A stretch of DNA of 64,000 nucleotides from Octopus sinensis (Eukaryota): the NCBI RefSeq assembly GCF_006345805.1, contig NC_043008.1, positions 66,898,001 through 66,962,000 on the forward strand, in the 5' to 3' direction. Under the pieces are notes generated by a model, which saw nothing but the letters and a program-made list of their open reading frames with translations, was not told the DNA's origin and made no database searches. Positions 39,332 to 53,376 of the stretch are shown here, one piece after another. The position numbers and the translations under genes are program-made. How positions within the stretch are numbered: the first letter of the stretch is position 1; the number at the start of each line of letters is the position of its first letter.

Positions 39332-40345
39332 CATCATCATCATCATCCTTCAACATCTGTTTTCCATACTGGCATGGGTTGGATGTTTTGATCAGAGCTG
39401 GCAAGCTGGGGAGCTGCACCAGGTTCTAGTCTGATTTCACTTGGTTTCTACAGCTGGATGCCCTTCCTAACGTCTACCACTTTACTGTGTGCATTGGAAG
39501 CTTTTATATGTATATGTATGTACATCTGTGTGTATGTATAGACACAGGGGTGGCTGGGAAGCTTGATTTACAACCAAGTGTTCTTGGGTTCAGTTCCACT
39601 GCCTGGCACCTCTTCTTCTATAGCTATTATTGACAAACCAAAGCTTTCTGAGAGGATTTGTTAGATGAAAACTGAAAGAAGCCTGTCACGGGTGTGTTGC
39701 GTGTGCGTGTGTGTGAATGCATTTGTGTGTACCCTTCTCAAGACATCATGTGATGGCTGTATACAAGCAAGGTTGTTCATTTCCAGTCTTTCTTGAAAAA
39801 CATGTCTAGCTATGGGAAAATATCACCTAGCTAGAAAACAGGTTAGGGTTGATGATAGGAAGAGCATCCAACCAGAAAAGTTGCCTCAACAAATTCCATC
39901 TAACCCATTCTAGAATGGAAAAGTTACATTAAATGACTATAATATGTAATTGCTCTAAATTTCATGTTCTTTTTCTGCCTTTCCCCCATATTCACATCTT
40001 CATTAGTAGTAATTTATTATTGTGTATTGTCAAGAAAATGCTATTACTACATTTGCCACTCATCCTTTCAATGAAAATATTTGGCTGTTCCAGGTTAAAG
40101 ATATTAATATATCCATACTTCATGTGAGATGATGTTATTTATAATTAATGCCTGTACACCTGTTTTGATATTATGCATTATGAGACCTGCTTTCATATGT
40201 ATTATAGCATCAAGAAGTTGCAGAATCTTTGAAACAGCTGTAAAGATGAAAAAAAAATCATTTGATAAGAGTATGTATAGGTCATTTCCTAAAGAAATGA
40301 GTTCCTGTCATCTATAATTGTTTGTCCAGCTTTTATACATACATC

Positions 40346-40388
<43 letters not shown>

Positions 40389-41864
40389 AAATGTAAAAGA
40401 CTTTCTCACCTTCCCGAACGTTAAACTAATACACCTGTTTTGTTGTTTACACACCTGTCTTCATCCTTTGTTTTTTTGTAAATTCCATCTATATATAATG
40501 ACAGTCTGGGAAGTATGATATAGTCTCTGTTTCATAGAAAATATATTCTAGTTCTTTTGCAAATTATGAGAAAAAGAGGAGATAGTGAATCAAAAATATG
40601 CAGTTTTCATGTAAATATATTTTAATAACACTTATTTATTAGCAACTATTTGACACAATAATGTAACTTTGCAATAAAAAATCTACATATTTATAGAATA
40701 TTTACAATTATTCTAGAATTATCCAAAAATGATTAAATAATTTCAAGGAAATTCCGCTTGAAGTATTACAGTAAATTTAGATATAGTGTAGCTACAATGA
40801 AGTTTCACAGAATGAACTCATTTTGGTGACAACATTTCGAAACAAGCTCATTTATAGAATTCAAGAAGTTTAGAAAAGTTGTTAATAGAAAGAAATTTTC
40901 AGATACACACACACACATGTAAGTATATATACTTAGCTTCATATGTGAAGTGTGTGTGCATGCAGACACATATATTGATGTAAATAAACATGCATGATTA
41001 CACATGTGTAAGTGTATGTGCATATATACATACATATACCTGCATAAATGTGTATGTAAGTCTTTATGAGACTTTATGTGTGTTTGTGTGTATAAATATA
41101 TATATAAATGCATGTCTGTATAAATGCACCTATGCATACACATATGCATATGTAGAAGTATTTATGATATTAAATGTTAAAAATGAGAAATAACATTATT
41201 GACTTTAGAAAGGACAAACATTAAAAATCACAAAAAATAACACAAAACAAAAGAAAACTGGCTTCTATGTACACACATTGTAAAAGAAACAAAAGAGTAG
41301 GCAGACACAAATATAAAATATATATAAAAGCAACAAATATGCAAAGAAAAATAAGACAAACATAAACTGTTTCGATTTAAAGCTTTATAGATAAATCACC
41401 AATATCATTTGAATACAAGCTTATAGTGTCAATTGTTAAAAAAATAATAATTTGATAATCAATAATAAAGAAATATTAAATAAAAAATAACATATATTGG
41501 TAAAAAAAGTAAAATTGAAAAGCAAAAACGAAAATGGGTTATTGTAAAACTAAGAATGGGATAGGTGGCAAGTTGAGGTGTGGTTGTGAAAATATGTGAA
41601 CTGGAGTTGCATGAGAACAGAACAATTATCAATGCCTCTACAGGTTTATGAGTTGCTGTTAAAAGTTGTACAGGGTGTAATAAACGATCTGTAGCCAACG
41701 GCCCTGTGAAATTATAAAGTAAATTCAATACTGATAATAATAGATAAGAAAGAATAAAAATGAAGCCACTTAATAAAACTGTAAAATGAAACGTATAAAG
41801 CAGTACTAAAGTAGCTAAAAAGTAAAATAATAATAGAAAGACAATGTTTTACAGAAACATAAGC

Positions 41865-41900
<36 letters not shown>

Positions 41901-42125
41901 ATATGTAGGAGTAGAGATGAACAGAAATGGAATGGAATTTGAAATATTGACCAGATGTAATAAATTTGAAGATAATTGTGGTGGAGGAAGAATGAAAAAA
42001 AGAAATTAGATAAATAAAACAAAATCATACATACATGTATGTGTGCATGCATGCATAAATATCTATAAATAAATATATAAATGCATAAATGTACATATAC
42101 ATATATATATATGTGTGTGTGTATG

Positions 42126-42183
<58 letters not shown>

Positions 42184-43599
42184 ATATGCACATATGCATG
42201 TGTGCATGTATACATATGTGTTGGTTTCTATTGAGTACATAATGCAATATATGTGTGTATACTTTTTTTATGTGCATACTCACATATACACATACAGTAT
42301 TAAACAGTGTGAATGAGTGCTCAACGTCACACTTTGTGGCTAAATATTCGCTATTTGTAGATTAACAATGCTGTCAGTGAAAACAAGTAGAAAAAATTTC
42401 TGCAATATCCATGTGATCCACTTCAAAATGCTGGTAATTGCCTCCATCTTGAATGAGAATATACAAAGTTGCACAAGACTACATGAGACTTCAAGATGAA
42501 AACACTGGCAAAAAAAAGCAACATTTTAGGGATTTCTTACTTGTTATTTCCCTTAGAATGGTTCTGGACTTTGCAAAAATTTGCGTTCAACATTGAGAGA
42601 ACATTTGTGTATTATCATATTTATAAATATATGTATGCATGTGTGTATGTATGTGTGCAAGTGTGTAGTTAGTGTATGGGTGGTGAGTTGAGGCTGAAGG
42701 GGATGTGAGTTTGGGGAGAAAAGATGAATCACTATTCTTTCCAAAGTCTAGAATTTGTAGTCCGTTGTTTAAGACCAAGATAAATACTGTAAGGTGTTAG
42801 AGTGGTTGACTGAGCAGAAATAGGGGTTTGATTCCAGAAATGGATGCCTAGTAGGTGCTGAGTCTGCCAAGGAGCAACAGTATACAAGGCCCTGTTGAGA
42901 GATCCTTTTAAGCACTGAATGACGATATTGGAGGTGCAAATGAAGATGTCAGAGATGCATACTGTACAGTGGTTGGGACTTGTGATAGTAGGTGGGGTTG
43001 GGGAAAAATGGACAGGTTATTGCAACAGGGCCAGGAGCAAAGATGAAAATCTGGAGTATGTAGGAGTTGGGGAGAGATGTGAGCTATGGAGCAGTAAATC
43101 ATGCAGGGTCTGGAAAGTGGTGACAAAAAAGATGAAATTATTCACTTGTTCACCAGAGATGAAAGTTGCGCCAATACAATCACATATGTACTGACCATAT
43201 AGTGCTTTGGTCAGTCCAATATAGTGCAAAGTTGACATCCAATCTTGTTCCCTTAGCAATCTTACATACCTACTGGTAGACTTTACACACAAATAAGAAG
43301 CCTTTAAGTACACACACACACACACATATCTATCTATCTAGCTATCTATATATATAAGTATATATATTATATGTATTGATATATGTAGATAGATTTACAC
43401 ACACACACATTATATGTATGTGATCCAAAATATTACAATAAACCAGCATTACAAGCTCCTTTTGAATGGGACAAAGATATTTTGAACTGGCCAGTAATAT
43501 TGTCTTTAAATATTACTTATTTTCATCGGCTTTATATCAAATGTTATAAATGTAGCAGGGGATTACAAATGGCTGGGTGAATAGGCTACAAGACAACCA

Positions 43600-44380
43600 T
43601 ATAAGTGATCAGCAGTGCATAACATGTTAACAGAAAGGCTTTGTATATGTGAGTAAAATGCTTAACTCTCAAAAATCTTAGTTGTCCAGTTAGATACCAC
43701 AAAGTGGAAATTGCTCATTGTTCTAAAAGTGGTAATACTCTAAAATCAAGAAATCCTTTGTTAGTTTGCAATACTGAGGTAATAGTTATTACCTGTCAGT
43801 CTACAGAAACCTCTTTGGTACTCATCAACAAACTGGTTATCAAACCAGTTTGGTGCTAGGTCTACTTCTTTGAGCTTTTGCCATTTATTTTTTCTTATAG
43901 TGATAGTCATTCTATAACTTGTGTTCTTACCATTTATCATCAAAGTACTTCAAATATATGCACCAACCCAAGATCATGATGAAGACTTTGAAAAATTTCA
44001 CAAGGAAGTAGAGAAATGATTAAAGTATGTCATGTCTGGAGACATAACATGTGTAGTGGGAGACCTAAATGCAAAGGTAGGCAAAGAGAAAAATCAACAA
44101 TGCAATTGGAACACATGGCTTAGGTGAAAAGAATGAAAGAGGTGAATGAGTATTGGGATTTTATGAAAGAAATATCTTAATAATTGCAAATGCCTCATTC
44201 CAACAACCAGCTATAAAATTATAAAAGAGTCCCATTAATGTATTAAGAAACCAAATTGATTATATCATGGTCACCAAAGATTTAAAAACTGCTTGAGATC
44301 AGTAAAATACACATCCAGCATCTGGTATAATCTTTGACCATAATCCAATTATTATTAAACTCAATGTGTATTATTAAAGA
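43600..44380 (+). mobile_element. RTE-clade LINE AP-endonuclease relic
   Basis: VLQIYAPT, VVGDLNAKVG, GLGEKNERG, NQIDYIM and DHNP motifs, with stops. Confidence 0.8.
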
Positions 44381-45589
44381 ATCATAACATGAGCCACCTG
44401 AGTCATAAAATTCAAATATTACTATACCTATGATGTTGTGATTGTTGTTGTTTGTCCAGGTCATCCCTGATTGAACAGGGTCATGATTTAAAGTGTTCCA
44501 GCTGTGACCATCTTTGTATGTCTTTTTGTTTTATTAAGACTTAGTGGCATGTAAAAAGCACCCTCTACACTATTGGAGTGGTTGGCATTAGGAAGGGCAT
44601 TCCAGCCATAGAAACCAAGCAAAATCAAATTGGAATCTGGTGCAGCTCTCCAGCTTGCCAGTTTTCAGTCAAACCACCCAACCCATGCCAACATGGAAAA
44701 TGGATGTTAAACAGTAATGATGATGATGATGATGATATCTTTAGAAGAAAAAAAGGGATTAAAAAATCCAGGCAGATATCAATAAAACACTCAGTTTTAA
44801 ACAAATTTTGTTACCTATATCCAACAATCAGACACTAGTAAATGTAAGTAGAATACACAACCAAGGTAATTCTTCAAGTATGATAAGTAGATCCGAATGT
44901 CATTTAGAAGAATTTCAAGCAATTTGACAATTTGACAACAAACATACACATACATAAAATCATACTGTTATTGTAGAATTCCCATTATAAAGCCAACAAT
45001 TGTTTCTATTGTATTAACATATTTAGAAATAGAAAATATCATTGAAATTGATATTTCTGAAAATAAATGTGAACAGAACATTTCCAAGGTGATCCTTGAA
45101 TTTCACTAATTTCGGATCACCTTGAAAACATTGTGTTAACGTTTATTTTCAGAAATATTAATTTTAATGATATTTTCTATATCTATATATGTTATATGTT
45201 AATAGAAATAATTGTTGACTTTATAAAGTACACACACACACACATACATATAATTTTTAAGGTTAGCTCTATAGGATTCAGCGCCAATACTGTAAGTTAA
45301 AATGTTCTGTAAACAAATATGTCTATGTAAAGAATATGATTAAAGATACAAAAAGTAGGTAATGGGTGTATCCCTACACACATTCCATACCTACACAAAT
45401 ATGTCAAAGAATTTAACCAAAATATAAACAAAAGACACAATCAAACATACAGGCACCTATATGACCTTTGGGTATCTGCCCACCAGCCTCACTCCCCCAA
45501 AGAAAACGCTACACATATAGTACGTCTGCACATATTCCAACCCTAGAAGAATATCAACCCCTAAATCATACACACATTTCCAGAAAACT

Positions 45590-45745
45590 CTTGTAACGTT
45601 GCAACACACCAGAAGCTGTTTGGTGCAAAGGGACATAACTCTTAACTCAACCCTTGTTCAGTACGTTTCGTTGTCTTTTTTCACAGCAACTACAAACCGG
45701 ATGTGTCTTTTCAACGATAGATAGTGGCTGCCATATTTTCTCCCA
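45590..45745. promoter_or_regulatory. Candidate promoter or enhancer motif cluster
   Basis: X-box-like gtaacgttgcaac (45593), ACTACA (45689), ETS-like CCGGATGT (45697) and YY1-like GCCATATT (45730), at the point where CpG density visibly rises. Confidence 0.35.
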
Positions 45746-48499
45746 TAAATGTCAACTCTGAAGAACACTGGGTTACATAATCAGGCTTTAACCTAACATC
45801 CCATTGAACCCCTAGTACGAAACCGATTAAGATCGGCCATAATAAATGTATAATACCGTACACTTTGATTAATACACACTGACACTCTCAGATATACATA
45901 CACATATATACACACGTTCATAAATAAATAGGTAAATGTATTCTGAAGCATGATGATCCACAGACACTCACCTCGCACGTATATAATAGACAAATACGCA
46001 TAAATACATACATGAAGATATATATCCGTCCATACGTATAGAAGTATATGAATACATACAGAAAGACCTGAATACACACGTAGACACATATAAAACAACA
46101 TAGATGCATAAATATATATCAGCAAATATATATATATATATACACATATAAATAAAATAATGAAGATACGGGACATATCAGTTTCTTTGATTTGATGTAA
46201 TTGAAATTAGCGAGTGCCACTGACTCTAGCAGGTCAAGAGGGTGTTAGTTATATTGTTTATATGTATACAGGTGGAGAGAAAGGAATTGGAGGGATAAAA
46301 CAAAAATTTCAACGAGGCGGCTGTGATGCCAGAAAGGAGGGAAAGTTGGTGGTTAACTATCTAGGTGGAATTTTAAAGGGAAATTTAAAGAAAGTTGCTC
46401 ATTTCACTCTACTTGTTTGATAATTATGTAAACTCTACGGATATTTATAGATTTTCGGAAATATAATCTGTAAAAAGTCAACGTCCGATTCAAAGTCTGG
46501 TCGCCTCAACCCGTCCATGAGTCTAAAAGAGTAAACTTGGGGGTCAACATCCGAACGAAATGATTGTGTGTGTGTGTGTGTGTAATACACACACACGCGC
46601 ACTCATATATACATAACGAGAGAGAGAAAGTTAAGGATATCTATCGTATCCTCCATACAGAACGATTTCAATTAATCTGCTTCCGATAAAATCAGAAATA
46701 TTGTTGTGTTCCTACGGTGAAAGATTTTAATCTCAACGTTGCAAGATAAAGAAGCAGTCGTCAAGATACAGTATACTCCTGTTTACATCGATAAACAGCA
46801 CCACTTTTCGTTTATTGTTTCTCATTTATGGCTAAGTAAACCGAGCCATTAATGAGTCGGGTAGATTTGTTAGGGTTACAGCGCAATATCGGCGATGTAG
46901 TTTAATAACTGTTGAAGAGACTACAGATCGATCTGACCAAACTACAGCTCTCAAAACCTATCTATTATATCGAATTATTTGAAAGATTAAACCATTGACA
47001 TTTCTAGGAGTTTTAGCATTAATGAATTTAATCGATTTTTCTCTAAGTACACATGAAAAATAAGCGATGTCGTCTGTCAGCTCAATGATTAGCAAAAATC
47101 GGAATAGGAATATTTATTAAACAGGACCCAGACCAAAAAGAAAAAAAAGTTTCTATGGAATTAATGAGTTCTGTATAGATAATAATGATTTTTTTTTTAA
47201 TTAATTAGAAGAGGAATATTCCCCTTTGTTCGAAATAATATTTAATATCGACCATTACAGGAAGCTGTCATGAACAACCCATTTTGCTATTATTATACTA
47301 CGAAAGCATGGAAGCATTTTTCATGCTAACGTGAATATATATAAGGATGTAAAACTAAAGAGATTAAGAGCAAGGGAGTTAGACATGGTTGTTTTAGTTG
47401 AGAAAATTGAATAATTGAGAGAAAAAGTAACGATTAGTGGAAATGGAGAACAATAAAATAACCACTTATTGGAGAGCATTTTCTGCAAGGAAATTCAATA
47501 ATATAAGCACAGTAAACGGTTATATTGTTAAGCTGTCCCTGTGGTTGGTTAAGACGTTCATTTCGCAGCAATATGTATTTCACTACTGCCCACAAGGGGC
47601 TAAACACAGAGGGGACAAACGGATTATGTCGATTACATCGATCCCAGGGCGTAACTGGTACTTAATTTATCGACCCCGAAAGGATGAAAGGCAAAGTCGA
47701 CCTCGGCGGAGCAATATGGTTTCATGTTCGCTCCTACATTTTGACACTTCAAGTCTGACCAGCAGGTTTTGCATGGAATTTCGTGAATTGTGGAAATACA
47801 TTGCCAGGAATGTAATTCTGTGATCGCAATGATGATAATAGATGCAACTCAGGAATAGATCCGCAACTCAATTTCGAGCAAAATCATTGATTGATACTGT
47901 CATCTTCAAGTAGCACTAATTTTACAACGATGGGCGCCTCTTGCAGCCGGTGTTCAGAGAGTAACCATCCACGTTGACATACATGCTTTCATTCTATCAT
48001 GGACTAGACACACACACACACACACACACGATTAATATGTAGTTTACCGTCATAAAATAGTGAAAGTAAATTGGGGGTCTTTAAAAAATGAAAGTAAATT
48101 GCTATAGAAACTGGAAATGAAGACGGTGATATATCAAAATTTCATAACACACTTTGATGGGTGGGATTCCTATGTGGGTCTGGCCAACTTCTCTAGTCAT
48201 GAAGTTGTCAACCATTCACTCAATTGTGTTGGTCCGAACGATGACAACATCCATACACAGACCATAGGAAGGTAATGGATGCACGCCACGAAGAAAATTA
48301 GCCAACAGTGTGAGAATAGTGATGATTTATTTATAACATGTTTTCATGAGCATGTGTGGCGAAACAAATTTAGAGATCGTGAAAAACTATTCACTAATTT
48401 TTATTTCATGCATCAATGATTGTTGTTATCACATAAATGTAATTGTCTTCATCCTATACGTAAAAAGAAAAGAAAACAATATTCCATCCAAAAATTTTT

Positions 48500-48857
48500 C
48501 TTGTTTTGCTTTTTAAATCTAAAAATAAACTGATTATGGCTAGGAGATAACAGTTTACTCAAAGTAGCCACCCTTAGCTTCCGTCGCGGCCTCAAGACAG
48601 CTCCAGAATCTGGTGTATGCATTATTCAGTGTTCTTGGGAAGATCTTCGAACATCTCTATGATCTTGGCTACCAGCTCGGTCTTGGTGTTGCAGGCAGCG
48701 CAGTTGGTGTCTTTATCAACCGTGCCTCACACATAGCAATTCATGGAATTACAGTCGAGAGAGTTAGAAGGCCAGAAACTGGGGCTGGGTGAAATCGTAG
48801 AAATTCTCAGACAACCATTTCTTACTCTTTCTGGAAGTATGGAAAGGAGCCGAATCC
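48500..48857 (-). mobile_element. Second DD37D/maT-like transposase C-terminal relic
   Basis: Minus strand reads DSAP...FWPSNSLDCNSMNCYV*GTVDKDTN, a degenerate WPPxSPDxNPxDY motif. It is cut off at 48857 by a MITE. Confidence 0.65.
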
Positions 48858-49289
48858 GGATCTTTTCGGTTTGAACTGCAGTTTTTAAAAATAATTTCCA
48901 CGTAACTAAACACTTTTAAACTTCGTATACTGGTAGAATGTGTTTATAAAACATCTTTTTCTCTTGGCTTTATTGAGAAAATTCTATAGTTTGTAAGATA
49001 TTTGTTGTTTTTTTCTTCAATTTCTGCAATTTCAACCAATCAATGACGTCTATTGAGTTGAAAACATTCTGTACCGTATGAATATGTCCCTCGTTTAAGA
49101 AACAGATTGGTTTTATTTACATTTGTGAAGAAGAAAAGATACCCTTCCCCCCACCTCTAACCCTAATCCTAACTAACCCTAACCCTAAAACAGATTGAAA
49201 TGAAATAGATCGATACTAGGGTTATAATTATGGGTGACAATTTCACATGACACCGCTAGAAAAATCTGCCGTTCAAACAGAAAAGATCC
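48858..49289. mobile_element. Non-autonomous DNA transposon (MITE) with internal CCCTAA-like repeats
   Basis: TIR ggatcttttcggtttgaactgcagtttt ... aaaatctgccgttcaaacagaaaagatcc. A related internal sequence recurs at ~50554-51523 around the LTR. Confidence 0.8.
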
Positions 49290-50642
49290 ATAGTAATAAA
49301 AAATATACAGTACAGTACTGTTTCTACTTCGCGGATTTTCACATATCGCGGTAGGTTTTGGAACGTAACGTCTGCGACAGCCGAGGTATTACTGTACATG
49401 AAATTACGAGATGTCACTTCCGGTTTCTATCGCAAAATACTTTCACATATTGAGGACAATATAATTTCACAATTTTACGACGCTAAATTGCATGTTATCT
49501 CAAACATATACATACATTTAAGTGCGCGCGCGATTATTCGTGCGTGCACTGTATCTTTGCGAGTATAAAAGCGTGTGTTTGAGAACCGGGCTAAACATCA
49601 GCAAACTTAATATATATAACAAAAAAGGGGAAAAACACAGCAACATCAGAGGGAAAAAGTTTAAACTGAGAATCGAAATCGTTGAGCTCGGGAAGGTCAT
49701 TAGGTTGTTTCTACTCAGCTACAATAAAACTGAACACACGTCGAGAGTTTAGTATCTGGTTTCAATGACACTTTCGTTTTATTCTTCCAAATCACGTTCT
49801 TTTGAAAATTACTATGTTAATGTTAGAAAGAGAATGATTGGGAAATAGTGAAATGATGGAGGTGGAGGTAGAGGGTGGACATGGTGGTGTTAATGGCGTT
49901 GCTGGAGGTTGTGGTAGTGGTGATATTAATGATAAAGGGTGGTGGTGATAGTTGTTGTTGTTGTTGGTGGTGGTGGTGGTAGTGGCGGTAAATGGTGTTG
50001 GTGTTGGTGGTGATAGTGATGTTGGTATTGGTGATGGTGGTGACGGTTTTTACGGCGGTGTTGTTGTTAGCGATGTTATTAGTGGTGGTATTGTCGAAAG
50101 CGGAGGTGGTCTCGGAGATGTTTATTTTTGGTGGTGGTCTTCGTAGTCGTCGTCGACCTATTGCTGCTGCAAATGCTGAGGATGATGATATGGTGGTAAC
50201 TGGTGACAACGACGACGACGGTGACGATGATGATGATGATGATGATAATGCTGAGTACTGGCGGTGGTGTTAATGATGATGAATGTCTATATTCTGCAGA
50301 GTATGATTAAAACAAAAAAAGATCGGTGCCACTTTAACGTGGGGTCTGTCTTCCATTTACACTTTAGCGTTCAGTTTCTCCCAAACCTTAACTATAACTT
50401 TAATCCTAAATCTTACCCTAAGTTCTTGCCCATCCTTAGACCTTAAGCCTAATCTATCCCTAACCCTAATCCTAACCTAAATCAGGTCGTTTCAAACGTA
50501 AACTGAAGTTACGGCGGCAGACCGCACGCTAAATTCGCACTTTGGGATCTTTACCTTTTGACCGACAGATTTTTTTAATAATTTTTTGTAACTAAACACT
50601 TTCAAACTTCGAACACTGGTAGAATGTGTCATATAAAACATC

Positions 50643-51352
50643 TGTAGCGAATCTTGCATGCATGAAGTGGATTCGATCCACAATAGCCAAATTTAAACTA
50701 ACACTGCTACAGAACTTTTCCCGCGATGGAACAATCGTTTTTCTCTGACAGCAGTTTTTACGGTTTCCAGATGCCCTTTAGCTAGGCCAAAATAATGTCT
50801 TCACCACTTGACCCTTTCTAACCTCTTCTACTTTACCAAAAGCTAGGATAGATAACAAGATCACCAACTAAATTTATTGTTCTCAATGATATATCTCTCC
50901 TTCTGGATCTTTATATAAGCCAGCACATCCCAAGCAAAAATCAGTTAGTTACCAACCGGTGACGACTCAACGAGATCTGGCTGACCAACCTTGGTCAGAG
51001 GGAGAAAGAAACTGTGAGACAAGACCCTACCATTCTCTCAAGCTCTAATTCTGTTCTCTTACAACATCATTCTATCTCTTTCTGTAATTACTACTAACTA
51101 TACGTAACGCCAAACTATGTAATGAAACATTCTACTGCAACAAACTTTACTTCGCATGCTTTTGGATTTATCACAACCTGCTCGTCGAGGCAAGGTATTT
51201 GCAACGTAACGGTAAATAAATACTTTCTTTAAACTTTATGTACTTTGTTCTTACACATCTTACAACATGCAGTTATAACAACAAATCTTTATCGTAACAA
51301 AATCTCCCATTACAATTGGTAACTATACAACAACAAATTCTCCGCCGTTACA
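50643..51352 (+). mobile_element. Solo LTR (710 bp), Gypsy-like, nested in a DNA element
   Basis: Termini TGTAGCG...CGTTACA. TSD CATC at 50639-42 and 51353-56. TATA-like tttatataag at ~50910 and AATAAA at ~51215. The related host sequence at ~48945-48965 has a single CATC. Confidence 0.85.
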
Positions 51353-52435
51353 CATCTTTTACTCTCAGCGTTTTTGAGAAAAGCTTATATTTAGGAAGTT
51401 ATTTCACGTTTAAGTTGTAGTATTTCGATAATTTCAACCAACCAATGACGTGTATTCAGCTGAATAAAATTACTGCTGTTGTTTGTCTACAAAAATTATT
51501 TTTTAAATCTGTCGGTCAAAAGGACTTTGGGATCATGAGCTGGATCAGTGATTTGACAAAGTAATTTTACTTCAGCAGATGTCACTAGATTTCTTGATTC
51601 ATGAATGAATGAATGCCACAACATCACAGTTCTCATCCTTTATTAAATCTAATAACCTAGCCTCTAGAGGCGGAGATAGTTTTAATAAATAAATGCGAGT
51701 GTATGTAGTTATGTATGTGTGTACAATTAGAGGTGATTACTATACATAAATGTCTCCCGATTCATATGGTAGATGAGTTCGGCGAGTCAACTTATAAATC
51801 GAAATCGTGTAAATCGAATGTGATAGGTTTATAAAGATATTCCTTTCTACTCAAGACACAAGTCCCGAAATTTTGAGGGAGGGGAACAATCGAATAGATC
51901 GACTCCCAGTACGCAACTGGTACTTAATTTATCGACCCCCAAAAAGGATGAAAGGCAAAATCGACCTTGGCGGAATTTGATCTCAGAACGTAACTTCAGA
52001 TGAGGTTTATAAAAATATTTATTTCTTTATAGCCCACAGGAGGCTAAACATAGAGGGGACAAACAAGGACAGACAAAGGGGTTAAGTCGATTACATCGAC
52101 CCCGAAAGGATGAAAGGCAAAGCCGATCTCCACGGAATTTGAATTCAGAACGTAACGGCAGACGAGGTTTATAAATATATCAACAAAAGAAGGATCTAAT
52201 TTGGCTGCCAGCATTTCAAAATTTAAAGTTTATCGAAAATTTTAAAATTTGGCACATTAATACACTTTTCCAAGCTGAAATGAAGCAGTTATTTCACTTT
52301 TTCCAGAAAAAAATGTTTTTAAAAAGTTACAGAGGTTTAAAGTTTGATCATTTTCAACCAGTCAGGAAACAGGATATGGAAGCTGTCATTTTGTACGGCG
52401 TTTTATAAATGTACGTGTGTGTGTATGTATGTTTG

Positions 52436-52487
<52 letters not shown>

Positions 52488-52518
52488 CCTACCTACCTAC
52501 CTATCTATCTACCTACCC

Positions 52519-52570
<52 letters not shown>

Positions 52571-52601
52571 CTCTATCTACCTACCTACCTACCTACCTAT
52601 C

Positions 52602-52638
<37 letters not shown>

Positions 52639-53338
52639 CCTACCTATCATCTATCTATCTATCTATCTATCTATCTTTTTGTGCGTTTATCTGTATGTAT
52701 GTCTGAACATGTGTGTGTGTGTGTGCGCGCGCGCGCGTGTAATGAGCCAGCGAGCTGAAAGCGGTTCGTTAATATCCACGTACGCATCTGATATAGTTCG
52801 CAAGTTTTCATATTTTAATTAGTGAATAATATTTCTTATATTTTTTGCTAAAAGCCTACTCGTACATCGACAGAAGCATGACGAAAGGAAAAAAAACACA
52901 CCCACACACTCACTCACACACATGCATACATACAAGGCACAATGTACGTATATAGTTATGTATAATGAATGGACAAATAAAGCACCATTTCTTGCCTTTT
53001 TGTGGAATTTGGGTGTGGTTTGAGACAAATTATCCCTATTCTTACCAATTTCTATTCCTTATGCAACGAACAATTTGGTTAATGGACTGGGTTGCGGGAC
53101 GGATTATATTCGTATTATGGAGGCCCTCAACACACCTACACCAGCGACGAATAAACTATATATATATATATATATATAGGCATCTTCCTCTTTCTGACGA
53201 AGAGCCAAGCTCAAGCTCGAAACGTTACCCCCACTTCTTTTTCCCATTTTAACTGAGCGTCAACATAATACATTCACATGTACTTTTTGACTTCTGTTGT
53301 GTTTCTTTTTGCTTTGCCTACACACACACACGCACGTA

Positions 53339-53376
<38 letters not shown>

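Noticed and set aside
41459-41728. ORF with a tttcacag acceptor, considered as an upstream receptor exon
   Set aside because: No pLGIC motifs (RPV, WxD, WxPD) in any frame.
49150-50480. CCCTAA/CCTAAC telomere-like runs at ~49155-49190 and ~50380-50480
   Set aside because: Short, degenerate and inside or beside DNA-transposon-derived sequence, so not evidence of a telomere or fusion site.
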